A DNA stretch of 64,000 nt from Candidatus Spongiisociaceae bacterium (GCA_965262915.1 OZ253564.1:2944001-3008000), one strand, 5' to 3'. Shown: positions 19,964 to 31,785, numbered from the stretch's first letter. Notes: generated by a model from the letters alone, not told the origin. Numbers and translations are program-made.

Positions 19964-21253
19964 CTACGGAAGGAAGCACGATCGGGCCTCGCCCGCCACG
20001 TAGAGGGACCCGGCCACCACGATGGCCTCCTCCGGGCAGGTCCACTCCATGGCGAGGTCGATCGCTCCGGCGACCCGGTCCACCGAGGAAACGGGGATGC
20101 CCGGGAGGACCCGGGTTATGACCCGCACCAAACCGGCCGGATCGGCGGCTCGTTCGTGGTCGACGGCCGTGGCGATGACCTTGGTGGCCAGACCGGCGAA
20201 GGGGCGCAACATGGCGTAGATGTCCTTGTCGCGGAAGGCCCCGACCACCAGCGTCCAGGCTACGGGTGCCAGCTCCTCACCCAGGGTCCGCACGAGGGCC
20301 TCGCAGGCCTGCGGGTTGTGGGCCCCGTCGATGACCACTAGGGGGGAACGGCTCACCACCTCCGTACGGGCCGGTACCCGCAGGCCTGCAAGACCCTCGC
20401 GTACCGCGTCTGCCGGCAGCGCCCGGCCGAGCAGTTCCTCCACGGCTGCCACTGCCACCGCCGCGTTGGCGGCCTGATGGCGACCGTGCAGGGGAACGTA
20501 TAGGTCCTCGTAGTACCGGTAGAGCCCGTCCAGGTCCATGGTCCAACCGCCGACGGACATGCGCAGGTCCTCGATCCGAAAGTCCCTTCCCAGGGTCCGG
20601 CGCACCGCTCCCATCCGGTCCACCCGGCGGTCGGTGACCGGTATCACCTCCTCTGGAAGGTACCCGGTGACCAGGACTGTTCCCGGTTCGAGGATCGCCA
20701 GCTTCTCCCCCGCGATCTCCGCCCGCGTGTGCCCGAGATACTCGGCGTGATCGATCGAGATTCCAGTGAGGACAGCCACCTCGCTCTCGACCACATTGGT
20801 GGCATCCAGGCGCCCGCCCATCCCTACTTCCACCGCAGCCACATCGACGGCTTCGTTGGCGAAGTAGGCGAAGGCGGCGGCGGTGCTGAGCTCGAAGTAG
20901 GTGGGACGCTCCCCGATCTCGCACTCCAGCAGGTCGGCGAAGGGAGCGATGTCCCCCACCGCCCGGGCGAACTGCTCGGGGGTGGCCACCTCCCCTGCCA
21001 CACCGAACCGCTCCTCGACCCGCTGGAGGTGCGGGGAGGTGTACGTACCGGCTTTGAGGCCCAAGCTGTCCACTATCGAGGCCGAGGCTCGGGTCACCGT
21101 GGTCTTGCCGTTGGTCCCTGCAACGTGGATCACCGGCAACCGGCGATGGGGCGATCCCATCATCTCGACCAGCCGGGCGATACGGTCCAGTCCCGGTTTC
21201 CATCCCAGGCCGATGTGGCTGTCGAGGTACGCTACGGCTTGGTCGTAGTTCAT
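19964..21253 (-). CDS. folC: folylpolyglutamate/dihydrofolate synthase
   Basis: HVAGTNGKTT, YTSPHL, EVGMGGRLDATN, DGAHNP, GSLYVAG. Confidence 0.96.
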   Translation of the reverse strand: MNYDQAVAYLDSHIGLGWKPGLDRIARLVEMMGSPHRRLPVIHVAGTNGKTTVTRASASIVDSLGLKAGTYTSPHLQRVEERFGVAGEVATPEQFARAVGDIAPFADLLECEIGERPTYFELSTAAAFAYFANEAVDVAAVEVGMGGRLDATNVVESEVAVLTGISIDHAEYLGHTRAEIAGEKLAILEPGTVLVTGYLPEEVIPVTDRRVDRMGAVRRTLGRDFRIEDLRMSVGGWTMDLDGLYRYYEDLYVPLHGRHQAANAAVAVAAVEELLGRALPADAVREGLAGLRVPARTEVVSRSPLVVIDGAHNPQACEALVRTLGEELAPVAWTLVVGAFRDKDIYAMLRPFAGLATKVIATAVDHERAADPAGLVRVITRVLPGIPVSSVDRVAGAIDLAMEWTCPEEAIVVAGSLYVAGEARSCFLP

Positions 21254-21341
21254 CGGGTGTGGGCGCCTCCCGTCGGGGCCGCTCGGATGAGCGACCGGGT
21301 ACCGGGTCGGCGACCGGCCGGCCGAGCATGATCTCCATGGT

Positions 21342-23987
21342 TCAGCAACTTCCGGCCCCCAGTGCGTCGAGTTGGGCGGTCAACGTCTGGAGGAGCTTGG
21401 AAGCGTCGGCAGCCCTCGCCTCCTCCTTGGAAACCACCTCGACGGGAGCCCGGCTGCGGAAAGCGGGGTTGGACAGTTTCCGCTCGGCCTTCTCGAACTC
21501 GGCCCTGGCGCGGCCGATGCGGCGGCCGAGACGTGCTCGCTCCGCTTCGAGGTCGATCACCCCTTCCACCGGAATGAAGGCCTCGAGGGCGCCGGCGTCC
21601 ACCCGGAGGTGTCCCGGAGCTGCCGGAGGATCGCCGACGTGGGCATCGGTAGCCGCCAGAGCGGTCAGTTGCGGGCCCCACCAGCCGGCCCACAGGCCTT
21701 CCGGGTCGTGGAGGACGGCGGTCAGTTCCAGGCGGGCAGGTATGCCGTGAGCAGCTCGCAGTCGCCTCACCCCGGCCACCAACTCCTGGAGGGTTCCGAT
21801 GCCTTGGGGCGGTATGTATCGCGGGACCCGGGGCCACGGAGACGTGATGAGCAGGCCGCCCGCCACGAGGTGGCTGTAGAGCTCCTCGGTCAGGAACGGT
21901 ATGGCAGGGTGGAAGAACTTGAGCAGGTCGCGCAGCACGACCCCGAGGGTTCGGCGGACGGCGGCAGCCTCCGGCCCCCCTGCCGAGAGGGCCGGTTTCG
22001 ACATTTCCAGGTACCAATCGAAGACCTCCGACCAGGCAAACGAATAGAGCAACGAGAAGGCATCGGAGAGCCGGTGGCGGTCGAGGAGGGAGTCCACCCG
22101 GGTGGCCACCTCGCCGAGGCGGGCCAGGATCCACCGATCGATCGGACCCGGCGCCTCCGGGTAGCCACCCTCGCGGGGTACGGCTCCGGGCTCCATGTGG
22201 ATGAGGGCGAACTTGGCGGCGTTCCACAGCTTGTTGCCGAAGCGCCGGGCGGCGTCCACCCACTTGACGTCGAAGGGGACGTCGTGGCCGGGCGATGCCG
22301 ACCGGAGCAGGCTGAGGCGCAGGGCGTCGGCCCCGTAGGTCTCGATCATCTCCATCGGGTCGACGATGTTGTTGAGCGACTTGGACATCTTGCGCCCGTC
22401 TGAGGCCCGTACCAATCCGTGGATCACTATCTCTCCGAAAGGCGCGTCCCCGACGAACTCCAGACCCATCTTCAACATGCGAGCTACCCAGAAGAAGATG
22501 ATGTCGTAGCCGGTAACCAGGACATCGGTCGGGTAGAAGCGTTGCAGATCCGGGGTGTCCTCAGGCCAGCCCAGGGTAGAGAAAGGCCAGAGGGCCGAAC
22601 TGAACCACGTATCCAACACATCTTCCTCGGCTCGCAGATCCTCCGAGCCGCACTCGCTGCAGTGTTGGGGCTCCGTCCTGGACACCATCGTCGTGCCGTC
22701 GACATCGCAATACCAGGCAGGAATGCGATGGCCCCACCACAGTTGGCGGCTGATGCACCAGTCATGGAGATTCTCCATCCAATGGAAGTAGTTCTTTTCC
22801 CAACGTTTGGGAACGAAGCGGCATGTGTCCTGCCGGACCGCATCCACAGCCGCTCCGACCAACGCGTCTACCCGGACGAACCACTGACGCGAGAGAAGGG
22901 GTTCGATCACCGCCCCGCTCCTTGAGCAATGCCCGACCGTGTGGTGATGGTCCTCGACACGGTCCAGGTACCCGTCGCGCCGGAGCGCTTCGATCACCCG
23001 CTCCCTGGCGTCGAAGCGGTCCAAACCTGCGAACCCTCCGGCGGCCTCCGTCATGCGGCCGTCCTCGCCGATCACCTCGACAGGCAGGAGTCCGGTTCTC
23101 ATCGCGATCTCGAAGTCCAGTGGATCATGAGCGGGCGTCACCTTGACCGCACCGGTGCCGAACATGGGATCGACGGCCTCATCGGCCACCACCGGGATAT
23201 CGCGATTCATGAGCGGTAGGCGAACGCTGCGCCCGACCAGATGCCGGTATCGTTCATCGTTGGGGTGTACTGCCACTCCGGTGTCGCCGAGCATCGTCTC
23301 GGGGCGCGTCGTCGCCACCGATATGCCATCCCGGGAATCGGGGTCGGCGCCTGAGAACGGATAGGTGATGTGGACCATCTGACCAAGCACCTCTTCGTAC
23401 TCCACCTCGATGTCGGAGATGGCGGTCATCAGTCCGGGCGACCAGTTGATGATGCGGTGCCCTCGGTATATGAGGCCCTTCTCGTAGAGGCTCACGAACG
23501 CTTCACGAACTGCGGCCGCGAGACCCTCGTCGAGCGTGAACCGCTCTCTGGTCCAATCACAGGAATCGCCGAGAGCCCGCATCTGCTGGGTGATTGCGCC
23601 GCCGGAGCGGCGCTTCCAGCCCCACACCTGTTCGACGAACCTCTCACGGCCCAAGTCGTGTCTCGTGAGACCCTCTTCGGCCAGTTCGCGTTCCACCACC
23701 ATCTGGGTGGCGATTCCGGCGTGGTCGGTTCCGGGGAGCCACAGGGCGGCGTATCCCTGCATGCGCTTGCGGCGGATGATGGCGTCCTGGATCGAATGGT
23801 CGAGGGCGTGCCCAATGTGGAGGACCCCGGTCACGTTGGGAGGAGGAATGACGATGGTGAACGGTCGTCCCTCCGGGTTGATCTCCGGCCTGAAGGCGCC
23901 GGCCTCCTCCCAGATCGGGTACCAGCGGGCCTCCACAGCCTTGGGGTCATAGCTTCCTTGCAGGATGCCGGTACGGGAAGTATCCAT
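21342..23987 (-). CDS. valS: valyl-tRNA ligase
   Basis: PPPNVTGVLHIGH, DWCISRQLWWGH, KMSKS. Confidence 0.98.
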   Translation of the reverse strand: MDTSRTGILQGSYDPKAVEARWYPIWEEAGAFRPEINPEGRPFTIVIPPPNVTGVLHIGHALDHSIQDAIIRRKRMQGYAALWLPGTDHAGIATQMVVERELAEEGLTRHDLGRERFVEQVWGWKRRSGGAITQQMRALGDSCDWTRERFTLDEGLAAAVREAFVSLYEKGLIYRGHRIINWSPGLMTAISDIEVEYEEVLGQMVHITYPFSGADPDSRDGISVATTRPETMLGDTGVAVHPNDERYRHLVGRSVRLPLMNRDIPVVADEAVDPMFGTGAVKVTPAHDPLDFEIAMRTGLLPVEVIGEDGRMTEAAGGFAGLDRFDARERVIEALRRDGYLDRVEDHHHTVGHCSRSGAVIEPLLSRQWFVRVDALVGAAVDAVRQDTCRFVPKRWEKNYFHWMENLHDWCISRQLWWGHRIPAWYCDVDGTTMVSRTEPQHCSECGSEDLRAEEDVLDTWFSSALWPFSTLGWPEDTPDLQRFYPTDVLVTGYDIIFFWVARMLKMGLEFVGDAPFGEIVIHGLVRASDGRKMSKSLNNIVDPMEMIETYGADALRLSLLRSASPGHDVPFDVKWVDAARRFGNKLWNAAKFALIHMEPGAVPREGGYPEAPGPIDRWILARLGEVATRVDSLLDRHRLSDAFSLLYSFAWSEVFDWYLEMSKPALSAGGPEAAAVRRTLGVVLRDLLKFFHPAIPFLTEELYSHLVAGGLLITSPWPRVPRYIPPQGIGTLQELVAGVRRLRAAHGIPARLELTAVLHDPEGLWAGWWGPQLTALAATDAHVGDPPAAPGHLRVDAGALEAFIPVEGVIDLEAERARLGRRIGRARAEFEKAERKLSNPAFRSRAPVEVVSKEEARAADASKLLQTLTAQLDALGAGSC

Positions 23988-24032
23988 GTTAGGTGTCGAG
24001 TCGGATCCGGTCGGCGGTTATGAACCGGTCGA

Positions 24033-25301
24033 CTACGCGCTCCTCTCGCGGCGTTTGTCCAATTCACGTAAGGGCTGGAGGGTCGGATTGACCTTCTCCT
24101 CGACCACTCGACGATCGATCACCACCCGCCCTATGTCGGGCCGGGAGGGCAGTTCATACATCGTGTCGAGGAGTACCTCCTCCATGATCGCCCGCAGCCC
24201 CCGGGCTCCGGTGCCCCGCAGCATGGCCTGGTCGGCGATCGCCTCGATGGCGGCCGGTTCGAAAACCAACTCGATACCGTCGAACTCGAAGATCTTGACG
24301 TACTGCTTGACGAGCGCGTTGCGCGGCTCCTGCACGATCCGGATGAGAGCCTCCCGGTCGAGCGAATCCACCGTGGCCACCATCGGTAGCCGACCGATGA
24401 ACTCGGGGATGAGGCCGTACTTAATGAGGTCATCGGGTAGTACTTCGGCGAGGAGGTCGTCTTTCGGTCGCTCGTGGCGAGACCGGACATCGGCCCCGAA
24501 CCCCACGATACGGTTACCCACCCGGCGCCCGATCACGTCTTCGAGGCCGGCGAAGGCTCCTCCGCATATGAACAGCACCTCCGTGGTATCGATCTGGATG
24601 AACTCCTGGTGGGGATGCTTGCGGCCACCTTGGGGAGGTACCGAGGCCACCGTGCCCTCAAGGATCTTCAGCAAGGCCTGCTGCACACCCTCCCCCGAGA
24701 CGTCGCGGGTGATGGAGGGGTTCTCGGCCTTGCGGGCGATCTTGTCGATCTCGTCTATGTAGATGATGCCCTGCTCGGCCCGCTTCACGTCGTAGTCGGC
24801 TGCCTGGATCAGCTTCAGCAGGATATTCTCGACATCCTCCCCGACGTAGCCCGCTTCGGTGAGGGCGGTGGCGTCGGCGATGGCGAACGGTACATTGAGC
24901 ATGCGCGCCAGCGTCTGGGCGAGCAGCGTCTTGCCGCATCCGGTAGGGCCGATCAGGAGGATGTTGGACTTGGACAACTCTACGTCGTCCTTGTGGGGAG
25001 TCCCGGCGCGTATCCGCTTGTAGTGGTTGTACACAGCTACCGCCAAGGCCTTCTTGGCCCGATCCTGGCCGATCACGTAGTCGTCGAGGAAGGCGAACAC
25101 CTCGGTCGGTTTGGGCAGTTCGTTGCTGCGGTCGGACTGGCCGAAGGAGAGTTCGTCGTCCAGGATCTCGGTGCACAGCACGACGCATTCGTCGCAGATG
25201 TAGACGCCGGGACCGGCGATTAGCTTCCTGACCTGTTTCTGCGAGTGCCCGCAGAAGCTGCATTTGAGCAGTTCGCTTCCCTCGCCGTACTTGATGGCCA
25301 C
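24033..25301 (-). CDS. clpX: Clp protease ATP-binding subunit ClpX
   Basis: C4 zinc finger, [20 protein letters not shown]. Confidence 0.98.
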   Translation of the reverse strand: MAIKYGEGSELLKCSFCGHSQKQVRKLIAGPGVYICDECVVLCTEILDDELSFGQSDRSNELPKPTEVFAFLDDYVIGQDRAKKALAVAVYNHYKRIRAGTPHKDDVELSKSNILLIGPTGCGKTLLAQTLARMLNVPFAIADATALTEAGYVGEDVENILLKLIQAADYDVKRAEQGIIYIDEIDKIARKAENPSITRDVSGEGVQQALLKILEGTVASVPPQGGRKHPHQEFIQIDTTEVLFICGGAFAGLEDVIGRRVGNRIVGFGADVRSRHERPKDDLLAEVLPDDLIKYGLIPEFIGRLPMVATVDSLDREALIRIVQEPRNALVKQYVKIFEFDGIELVFEPAAIEAIADQAMLRGTGARGLRAIMEEVLLDTMYELPSRPDIGRVVIDRRVVEEKVNPTLQPLRELDKRRERSA

Positions 25302-25303
25302 TC

Positions 25304-25966
25304 TCAGAACCCCTCTGATACCGCGGCCAGATCCCTCCGGCAGAGGATATCGTCGACGATGCCGTAGTCGACCGCCTCATTGGCGCGCATCCAGAAGTCC
25401 CGGTCCGTGTCCTCGGCCACCTTCTCGTACTCCTGGCCCGTGTGCTTGGCCAGAATCCGGTTGAGTTGCTCGCGCATCTGCAAGATCAGTCGGGCCTGGA
25501 TCTCGATGTCCGCCGCCTGCCCGCTCGCTCCCCCCTGAGGTTGGTGCAGCATCACCCGTGCGTGTGGCAGGGCGAACCGCTTGCCCCGGGTGCCGCCGGC
25601 CAGGATGACCGCCGCGGCCGACGCTGCCATCCCCATGCAGACCGTGCTCACGTCGGGCTTTATGTACTGGATGGTGTCGTAGATGGCGAACAGGCTGGTG
25701 ATCTCGCCGCCCGGCGAGTTGATGTAGAGGTTCACGTCCCGGTCGGGATCTTCTGACTCGAGGTGGAGGAGTTGGGCCATGACTAGATTGGCCACCACGT
25801 CGTCGATCGCGGTACCGAGGAAGATGATCCGGTCCTTCAGGAGTCGGGAAAAGATGTCGAAGGCGCGTTCCCCCCGGCTGGTGGACTCCACCACCGTCGG
25901 GACCAGATAGCTACTCGGGCGAATGCCGAATCGGGTGCCGGTACCCGGGCCTGTACTTCCGGTCAT
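25304..25966 (-). CDS. clpP: Clp protease proteolytic subunit
   Basis: [28 protein letters not shown]. Confidence 0.97.
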   Translation of the reverse strand: MTGSTGPGTGTRFGIRPSSYLVPTVVESTSRGERAFDIFSRLLKDRIIFLGTAIDDVVANLVMAQLLHLESEDPDRDVNLYINSPGGEITSLFAIYDTIQYIKPDVSTVCMGMAASAAAVILAGGTRGKRFALPHARVMLHQPQGGASGQAADIEIQARLILQMREQLNRILAKHTGQEYEKVAEDTDRDFWMRANEAVDYGIVDDILCRRDLAAVSEGF

Positions 25967-27339
25967 TGATCCCCCTGTTCGATCTCGGCTTCCACGATCT
26001 CAAACCCTTCCGACGGGTCCGAACCAAAGTCGAGCACCTTACCGTCCCGGTCTGCTGCCACCGCGCCCTCCACCAGAGTGGTGAGCGCCTTGGATCGCAG
26101 GATATCACTCACGAGGTTCATTTCGTGCATACTGCCCGCCAACCGCTCCGACAACTCGTCGGCCGTCTCGTCGCTTCGGGATGCCACCTCCTCGTACGCC
26201 TGCCGTAGCTCGTGGTCCTCCACGTCGATAGCGGCCCGGGTAGCCACCGAATCCAGCAGCACGTTACGGCGTACCTGGGCGTCCGCCTGCTGGTGCAACT
26301 GCTCGAAGAAGGTCTCCCGATCCTGTCGCGCCGCCTCGAGATATTCGTCGAAGTCCATCCCGGCGGCTTCCAGCCTGCCGCGGAGCACGTCGAAGATCCG
26401 GGCTGCGGTCACCTCGATCACCGCTCCGGGAATGTCGATGTCGACTTCTCCGCTCAAATCGGAAACCACCTTGTTGCGGAGCTGGTACTGCAACGTCGAG
26501 CGCCGTCTCCCCTCCAGTTGCTCGACCACTTGGTCTCGCAACTCCTCCACGGTGTCGAACTCGGTGAAGTCCGAAACCCAGTCGTCGTCGAGTTCGGGCA
26601 GGCGCTTCTCCTTGACCTCCTTGACCAGCACCCGGACTTCGACCGGTGTCCCGGCGCCGAGACCGCCTACATCGAACCGCAGGGTGCTCATGAAGTCGGT
26701 TATGTCACCGGCAGAGCATCCGACCAGGTTGTCACCCAGACCGTCGAGGAGACCGTCGGATCCGACCTCGTAGAGGAAGTCGCCGACCGAGACCGGTTCC
26801 AAGCTCTGACCGTCGGGAGAGGCGTGCAGATCTATCGCTACGTAGTCCCCGGCCACGGAGGGACGGTCGACGGTCTCCAACTCGGCGAACTGTTCCCGGT
26901 GCATGTCCAGGTGCTGGGCGATGATGTCGTCGTCGATCTGCACTGGCGGGTCATCCAGCTCGAAGCGGCGACCCTCGTAGTGCGGCGGGTCCTCGACTGT
27001 CGGCCACAGGCTTACGCGGATGTCCACCTCGACCCCCGGTCCCAGGTCACGTATCTCGTCCACCGAGGGGGCAACCGCCGGGGCGAGGCCGGTATCCACC
27101 AAGACGTCGGGCAATATCGTCTCGATCATCTCTTCGATGGCCTCGCCCCGGATCCGGTCCTTCCCGACAATGTTCTCAACCATCCGGCGAGGGGCCCTGC
27201 CCCGGCGGAAACCGCTGATGTCGATCTGGCGGGAGATCCGGCGCGCCGCCAGGGTCTCCGCATTGTCGAGGGGTTTACCTTCCAACCGAAGGGTGAGCCG
27301 ACGCTCGAACGGACTCAACTCGGTGACGGTGACGGACAC
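25963..27339 (-). CDS. tig: trigger factor
   Basis: [10 protein letters not shown] signature, FKBP-like domain, LPELDDDW; GTG 27339 start avoids overlap with tRNA-His. Confidence 0.93.
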   Translation of the reverse strand: MSVTVTELSPFERRLTLRLEGKPLDNAETLAARRISRQIDISGFRRGRAPRRMVENIVGKDRIRGEAIEEMIETILPDVLVDTGLAPAVAPSVDEIRDLGPGVEVDIRVSLWPTVEDPPHYEGRRFELDDPPVQIDDDIIAQHLDMHREQFAELETVDRPSVAGDYVAIDLHASPDGQSLEPVSVGDFLYEVGSDGLLDGLGDNLVGCSAGDITDFMSTLRFDVGGLGAGTPVEVRVLVKEVKEKRLPELDDDWVSDFTEFDTVEELRDQVVEQLEGRRRSTLQYQLRNKVVSDLSGEVDIDIPGAVIEVTAARIFDVLRGRLEAAGMDFDEYLEAARQDRETFFEQLHQQADAQVRRNVLLDSVATRAAIDVEDHELRQAYEEVASRSDETADELSERLAGSMHEMNLVSDILRSKALTTLVEGAVAADRDGKVLDFGSDPSEGFEIVEAEIEQGDQ

Positions 27340-27392
27340 GGGACTCCTCTGGTTGCGGGTAGACGGGGTGGCGTCGTCCGACGCGGCACCGG

Positions 27393-27468
27393 GGTGACCG
27401 AGGGGACTTGAACCCCCGACCTCCTGGACCACAACCAGGCGCTCTAACCAAGCTGAGCTACGGTCACC
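27393..27468 (-). tRNA. tRNA-His(GTG)
   Basis: GGTGACCGTAGCTCAGCTTGGTTAGAGCGCCTGGTTGTGGTCCAGGAGGTCGGGGGTTCAAGTCCCCTCGGTCACC. Confidence 0.95.
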
Positions 27469-27531
27469 ATGTTCGATATCTGGGCGGGAGAGCCTGCACG
27501 GCTCCGTTCGTACCGGACGATCAGCGAGCCG

Positions 27532-27604
27532 CGCCCCCGGAAGGATTCGAACCTCCGACCAAGAGCTTAGAAGGCTCCTGCTCTGTCCTCTGAGCTACGG
27601 GGGC
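27532..27604 (-). tRNA. tRNA-Arg(TCT)
   Basis: GCCCCCGTAGCTCAGAGGACAGAGCAGGAGCCTTCTAAGCTCTTGGTCGGAGGTTCGAATCCTTCCGGGGGCG. Confidence 0.93.
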
Positions 27605-27653
27605 TCACCGCCACCAGGCGCAGACTCGGCGGTCGGTCCGGGCTTCTCCGCGG

Positions 27654-27724
<71 letters not shown>

Positions 27725-27922
27725 CGGTCGGCCTCATACTACATCCGAACGCCGGATGGTCGAAGCCCTCCGATTGTCGACGACCGGCCCCCCTGCTGAC
27801 AGCGCATATCCCGCTGTCGATTTATGGACCAGGCCGGCGGCAGGCTCGAGCTTCGGGCTACTGAAAATAACCTACGGGAGGGCGCGGTCTGTCTAGTGTG
27901 GAGCATTGACGCATGGAGGTGA

Positions 27923-27999
27923 TGGTCGGGCTGGTCGGATTTGAACCGACGACCTCCTGCTCCCAAAGCAGGCGCGCTGCCAAGCTGCGCCACAGCCCG
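27923..27999 (-). tRNA. tRNA-Pro(TGG)
   Basis: CGGGCTGTGGCGCAGCTTGGCAGCGCGCCTGCTTTGGGAGCAGGAGGTCGTCGGTTCAAATCCGACCAGCCCGACCA. Confidence 0.95.
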
Positions 28000-28261
28000 A
28001 TTGGGACACATTCTAAGCCAGCACGCACGGGCCGACGGTATGCCTCCGGCCCGTCGATCTCGGTGTGGAGAGGGGTGGCCGACTCGTGGTACAAGATAAT
28101 GTCGCGCTTCCCCGGAGCCTCATCCTCACGGCTTTCTGCCCTGGGTGCGACGGCCTTCAGACCGTGGGTGGCCCATGAGCAATCCTCTTGATGCATCCGG
28201 TCCGGCTGGTTCCAGCACCGGCGGCGGAGGGAACCGGAGTAACCGATCCGAGACGCCGATC

Positions 28262-29863
28262 ATGAGGCGCTTGGCGGTGGTACCGAGTTCCGTCCTGGTT
28301 CTGATGATGTCGTGCTCGGGCGCCGCCGTCTCGGAGAAAACTACCTCCTCCGTTGCTACCACGGCCATCTCGACTACCGCCGACGTGTCCCGATCCATGG
28401 CCCTCGTACCCTCGACGACGACCACTACGACGACGACCACGATCCCCACCATTTCGACGACCTCGACAACCATGGCGACGACCACCACCGACCCGCCCCG
28501 GAACTGCACGCCCGTGGAGCCGCCCACCCTGCATCTGCCTGATGCGGATCCCGCTCCCGCCACGGTCGAACTGTCGGAGATGGTTTACACGTGCGCTGTC
28601 GAAGTCGGAGTGGCTCCGGCCGACGATCCGGCTGCGGCGGCCACCCTGGCAGCGACCGGGATCGACGGTCCGCTCCTACTGGTCGGAGAGGAGTTCGACA
28701 GCGGCGTGATGGGCGAAATCGGGCGCTTGGCCCCCGAGAAGGTCGTCGCAGCCGGCTTCGATGAAGACGAGTTGGCCCCCCTCGCCGACTTCGAGGTGAC
28801 CGTTCTCGAGGTCGATGCCGATGCGTCCCCGTTGCCCGATCCCGGTGCCTACCAGCGCATCTGGATGGTCGCCCCTGGCGAACTGGTGGCGCCCCTGGCG
28901 GTCATCGCCGCCGATCTGGGCATCGGCCTGATCGTCGCCGAACCCGACTTTCGGGCCTTGCCGGCCAGCACGCGGAACCTGATCTCGGAAGCCGATCGGA
29001 TCGACCTGCTCACGGAATGGGACGAGGAGGTGGCTTGGCAGTTGGAGGTCGTGCGCAAGGGTGACGAGATCCCGGGTGGTGGGCAGGTGATGTTTGACGG
29101 CGATGTGATGCGACGTCTCGTGGCCTTCTATGGTCATCCCTCGACCTCCCGTCTCGGAGTGTTGGGGGAACAGAACCCGGAGCGCGGGATCCTTCGGCTG
29201 AGCGAGGTGGCGGCCGATTACGCGGCGGACGGGGCAACGATCCTGCCCACCTTCGAGATCATCGCCACGGTGGCCTCGGCCGGTCCCGGACGGGACGGCG
29301 ACTACTCGGCCGAGACCGACCGGGAGGTGATCCGGCCTTGGATCGAATCTGCCTCCGAGAACGACATCTACGTGGTACTGGACCTGCAGCCGGGCCGCAC
29401 CGACTTTCTCACCCAGGCCAAGATCTACGAGGAATTCCTCCGCCTGCCTCATGTCGGTCTGGCACTGGATCCCGAGTGGAGGCTCAAGCCGAACCAGGTC
29501 CATCTGCAACAGATCGGCACCGTCGATGCGTCCGAGGTCAACCAGGTGGTCCGCTGGCTGGCGGGAGTCGTCAGGGAGGAGGCGCTGCCCCAGAAGCTTC
29601 TGATAGTGCACCAGTTCAGGTTCTCGATGATCACCAACCGCGAACTGATTGAGACGCCACCCGAGTTGGCGGTTGTGATCCAGATGGACGGGCAGGGTGG
29701 CCTCGGGGCCAAGTACAACACCTGGGGAACCCTCACCAGAGGTACGGAGGACCTGGGTTTCCGGTGGGGTTGGAAGAACTTCTACGACGAGGACTTCCCG
29801 ACCCCCACCCCGGCACAGGTGCTGGATCTCACGCCGGTACCGGTGTTCGTGTCCTACCAGTGA
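28262..29863 (+). CDS. putative lipoprotein with Thr-rich linker and a conserved actinobacterial C-terminal domain
   Basis: Lipobox-like LMMSC, poly-T linker, VAFYGHP...LGVLGEQ, VLDLQPGR, VGLALDPEW, GWKNFY. Confidence 0.75.
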   Translation: MRRLAVVPSSVLVLMMSCSGAAVSEKTTSSVATTAISTTADVSRSMALVPSTTTTTTTTTIPTISTTSTTMATTTTDPPRNCTPVEPPTLHLPDADPAPATVELSEMVYTCAVEVGVAPADDPAAAATLAATGIDGPLLLVGEEFDSGVMGEIGRLAPEKVVAAGFDEDELAPLADFEVTVLEVDADASPLPDPGAYQRIWMVAPGELVAPLAVIAADLGIGLIVAEPDFRALPASTRNLISEADRIDLLTEWDEEVAWQLEVVRKGDEIPGGGQVMFDGDVMRRLVAFYGHPSTSRLGVLGEQNPERGILRLSEVAADYAADGATILPTFEIIATVASAGPGRDGDYSAETDREVIRPWIESASENDIYVVLDLQPGRTDFLTQAKIYEEFLRLPHVGLALDPEWRLKPNQVHLQQIGTVDASEVNQVVRWLAGVVREEALPQKLLIVHQFRFSMITNRELIETPPELAVVIQMDGQGGLGAKYNTWGTLTRGTEDLGFRWGWKNFYDEDFPTPTPAQVLDLTPVPVFVSYQ

Positions 29864-29913
29864 ACCCCTCGGTGGCATGATGGCGGCGTACAGCGTGGTG
29901 GATGGCGTCGGGG

Positions 29914-29995
29914 TGCGGGTGGAGGGACTCGAACCCCCACGGGCATTGCCCACCAGGACCTAAACCTGGCGCGTCTACCTTTCCGCCACACCCGC
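29914..29995 (-). tRNA. tRNA-Leu(TAG)
   Basis: Cloverleaf with long variable arm; anticodon loop TTTAGGT. Confidence 0.95.
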
Positions 29996-30035
29996 CGACC
30001 GGGACGGTCTGGCCGGAAGGTAGCCGTCCCGAAGG

Positions 30036-30072
30036 GTGGGTTGCCCGGGACTCGAACCCGGAACCTGCGGAT
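30036..30072 (-). repeat. att site: duplicated 3' half of tRNA-Lys
   Basis: gtgggttgcccgggactcgaacccggaacctgcggat vs gtgggtcgcccgggactcgaacccggaacctgcggat. Confidence 0.9.
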
Positions 30073-30508
30073 AGAAGTCCGGATACCGGCGTAACGGCCT
30101 CTTCTGGTTATACGTCCCACAGTTCAGCCTACAGTAGGCACGGGATGGTCCTCGGGCGCCCGCCACCAGGCTACCAGCCCGAAGACGGTCAAGTAGGTCC
30201 AGGGTTGTGCTTCCGAGGTGATCACCGACCGCGGCGCCCACAGCCTCGCCGGCGGCTCCGAACTGCAGCCCGCGGCGGACACCACCTACTACGTGGTCGT
30301 GCGCGGAATGCCCGACCTGGCATCGGGCACCTACGGCATTCTCGTCAGCGACACGACACCGGCCGCCGAGAATGATCGTCAACGCCCCAAGCGTACCCAC
30401 AACGCCCATCTCGCTCGTCACCCAGTATGAGCCAAATGACGATTACGACTGGAAGTCCGATGCCAGTGCCTACTTCTTCTATAGCTCTGAATATTGAGTG
30501 AGGGTTTA

Positions 30509-30610
30509 GGAGGGTGCTCCAAAAACGGTGGGAAGTAATGGCCCGTCTTCCTCTGAACAGGCATTATGTCATCGGTCGACGGGCCGTGAAGGGGTTTTAC
30601 ACCACCCTCC
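30509..30610. mobile_element. MITE family B copy
   Basis: IR ggagggtg...caccctcc with TA flanks; homologous to 13816-13916. Confidence 0.8.
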
Positions 30611-30612
30611 TA

Positions 30613-31782
30613 GTGTCCTGATTCCTTAGTTTCTTTGCCATATGCTGCTAGAATATGCAGGTCAGTAGCAGTCAGTAGTGGGAGCAGCGTATGGAGAAGC
30701 AGCGGGGTCGTAAAGCAGTGGTTATCGAGCTGGATGAAGAGGAACGCCAGACGCTCGAGCGGTGGATACGGCGGCGTAGCACCGCACAAGGGTTAGCGAT
30801 GCGGTCTCGTATCGTGCTGGGAGCGGCCGAAGGCCGCACCAATGTGGACATCGCAGCGGAGGTGGGCTGCAGCGGGGTTACGGTCTCGAAGTGGCGGAAC
30901 CGTTTCGCCCGGCGCCGTCTCGACGGCCTCTACGACAATCCCCGCCCCGGGCCGCCCCGCCGCATCGACGACGCCAAGGTAGAAGAAGTGGTGGTCAAGA
31001 CGCTGGAGGAAACACCGAGAGACGCGACGCACTGGTCGACCCGGTCCATGGCGAGGGCCGTCGGCCTGTCCCAGTCGTCGATCCTAAGAATATGGCGGGC
31101 GTTCGGTCTCAAGCCGCACCGGACCGAGCATTTCAAGATATCTCCCGACCCCCAGTTCGTGGAAAAGGTCCGCGACCTGGCGGGTTTGTACCTGAACCCG
31201 CCCGACGCGGCGGTGGTGCTGTGTGTGGACCACAAATCCCAGATACAGGCCCTCGACCGCACCGCGCCGATCCTGCCCCTGTTGCCCGGAACCCCCCAGC
31301 GGCGCACCCACGACTACCGCCGGTACGGCACCACCAACCTCCACGCCGCGCTCGACACGGCCACCGGCCGGGTCATCACCTCCATGACACGACGCAACCG
31401 CACCCAAGAATTCCAGACGTTCCTAAACCTCATCAACCGCGAAGTCCCACCAGAACTCGACGTCCATGTCGTGTTGGACAACGCGTCGCCCCACAAAACA
31501 GAGCCCATAGGGCGCTGGCTGCAACGCCATCCACGGTTCACGTTCCATTTCACACCCACCTACGCGTCGTGGATGAACCTCGTCGAGCGATGGTTCTCCG
31601 AACTCACCACCAAACAGATACGCCGAGGCACCCACCGATCCGTAGCCGAACTCACCGACGCCATCAACCAATGGACCCAACACTGGAACCAAAACCCCAA
31701 ACCCTTCATCTGGCACAAAACCGCCGACCAAATCTTCGACAACCTCACCAACTATCTACAACGAATCCCCGAATCAGGACAC
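30613..31782 (+). mobile_element. IS630-family insertion sequence
   Basis: IR gtgtcctgattc...gaatcaggacac; TA duplication at 30611-12 and 31783-84. Confidence 0.93.
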
Positions 31783-31785
31783 TAG
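30691..31785 (+). CDS. IS630-family transposase
   Basis: THWSTR, CVDHKSQIQA, VLDN, SWMNLVERWF. Confidence 0.93.
   Translation: MEKQRGRKAVVIELDEEERQTLERWIRRRSTAQGLAMRSRIVLGAAEGRTNVDIAAEVGCSGVTVSKWRNRFARRRLDGLYDNPRPGPPRRIDDAKVEEVVVKTLEETPRDATHWSTRSMARAVGLSQSSILRIWRAFGLKPHRTEHFKISPDPQFVEKVRDLAGLYLNPPDAAVVLCVDHKSQIQALDRTAPILPLLPGTPQRRTHDYRRYGTTNLHAALDTATGRVITSMTRRNRTQEFQTFLNLINREVPPELDVHVVLDNASPHKTEPIGRWLQRHPRFTFHFTPTYASWMNLVERWFSELTTKQIRRGTHRSVAELTDAINQWTQHWNQNPKPFIWHKTADQIFDNLTNYLQRIPESGH

Noticed and set aside
30036-30080. Second tRNA-Lys gene
   Set aside because: Only the 3' half is present and similarity breaks at the anticodon loop; treated as an att duplication.
30218-30430. Short ORF resembling a secreted beta-domain (YYVVVRG...GTYG)
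   Set aside because: Too short and fragmentary to assign; probably island debris.
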